The translations under genes and the position numbers were made by a program. Shown piece by piece: positions 63,396-64,000 of a stretch of 64,000 bases of DNA. The notes beneath the pieces were generated by a model that saw only the letters and a program-made list of their open reading frames with translations, was not told the DNA's origin and ran no database searches. Source of the DNA: Sphaerodactylus townsendi. Lineage: Eukaryota. The stretch is from NCBI RefSeq assembly GCF_021028975.2, contig NC_059434.1:57102001-57166000 (forward strand). Reading direction: 5' to 3'. The number at the start of each line of letters is the position of its first letter. Position 1 is the first letter of the stretch.

Positions 63396-64000
63396 TGCTT
63401 TCCAAAGGTTTTCCTTGGGTCATTAACCCTTTCCAGTATCTGTGCCAGCACAAAGAGCTAGCTAAGCAGCACTGGTGTTCCTGCCTAGGGACATGGGGTA
63501 CCCCTTGTCCCTGGGCGCATCAATTGAGGTCACGTGGGGGGCGCCAAAACATCCTCCTACACAGCCAGGGATTGAGCAATCCCTAGAAAGCAGGCACTGA
63601 AGCAGCCGACTGGTCCCAGTGCCTGTCGTAGCCCCGCCCACTCTGTACGGTGGCCTGGAGTGTCCAGGGGGTGGGGGAGAAGTCCCACTGGGCTCCCAGG
63701 AGCAGGACTGGGGAGCTCCGCCTCCCCTCCCTCTAACCCAGCATGCCTTATTCGCCTTAAATGAAGTGGAGCATTTCTCAGAAGCCTCCTCCTCGGCGGC
63801 AGGCACAGAAAAAGGCAAGCTGAGCAGGGAGCCCAGAAGCAGCAGGAGAACTGAAGATTATGCTGATGTTTTGCCGGTAAACCTTCAGATGGGGCACTTG
63901 CAGAGATTTACATGCTTAAAAAGTTAATTCCCACTTGCACTGGCTTGGAGCTCTTTCTGAGGCTAACAACCTACCTCATCGGGATGGCGTGAGGACACAA

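Overview
This is eukaryotic, AT-rich, repeat-dense non-coding DNA, most likely a large intron or gene desert of a squamate reptile. The SINE set looks gecko-like (inference). No host protein-coding exon is supportable: the ORF track consists of short chance ORFs, N-gap artefacts and decayed transposon fragments. Retroelement remnants include three Penelope-like elements (one with a GIY-YIG endonuclease, two with intact-looking minimal hammerhead ribozymes), R4/Dong, L2, CR1, RTE/BovB, an RTE-X-like LINE and a Copia fragment. There are also tRNA/CORE-type SINEs, a 5S-derived SINE, a hAT transposase fossil, a SPIN MITE and many hAT and PIF/Harbinger MITEs, several with readable TIRs and TSDs. 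The main observations are: (i) a three-layer nest at 39-43 kb (old hAT-like element, then an inverted Penelope ribozyme pair, then a younger hAT); (ii) short tandem reiterations at Penelope 5' junctions, reminiscent of telomerase-type template realignment; (iii) a U1-like ACTTACCTT / AAGGTAAG splice-donor pair at the hairpin base of MITEs from two superfamilies; (iv) a local triplication preserving filled and empty MITE sites; (v) candidate enhancers. Family names come from motif recognition, not database searches. Boundaries without TSDs are approximate.
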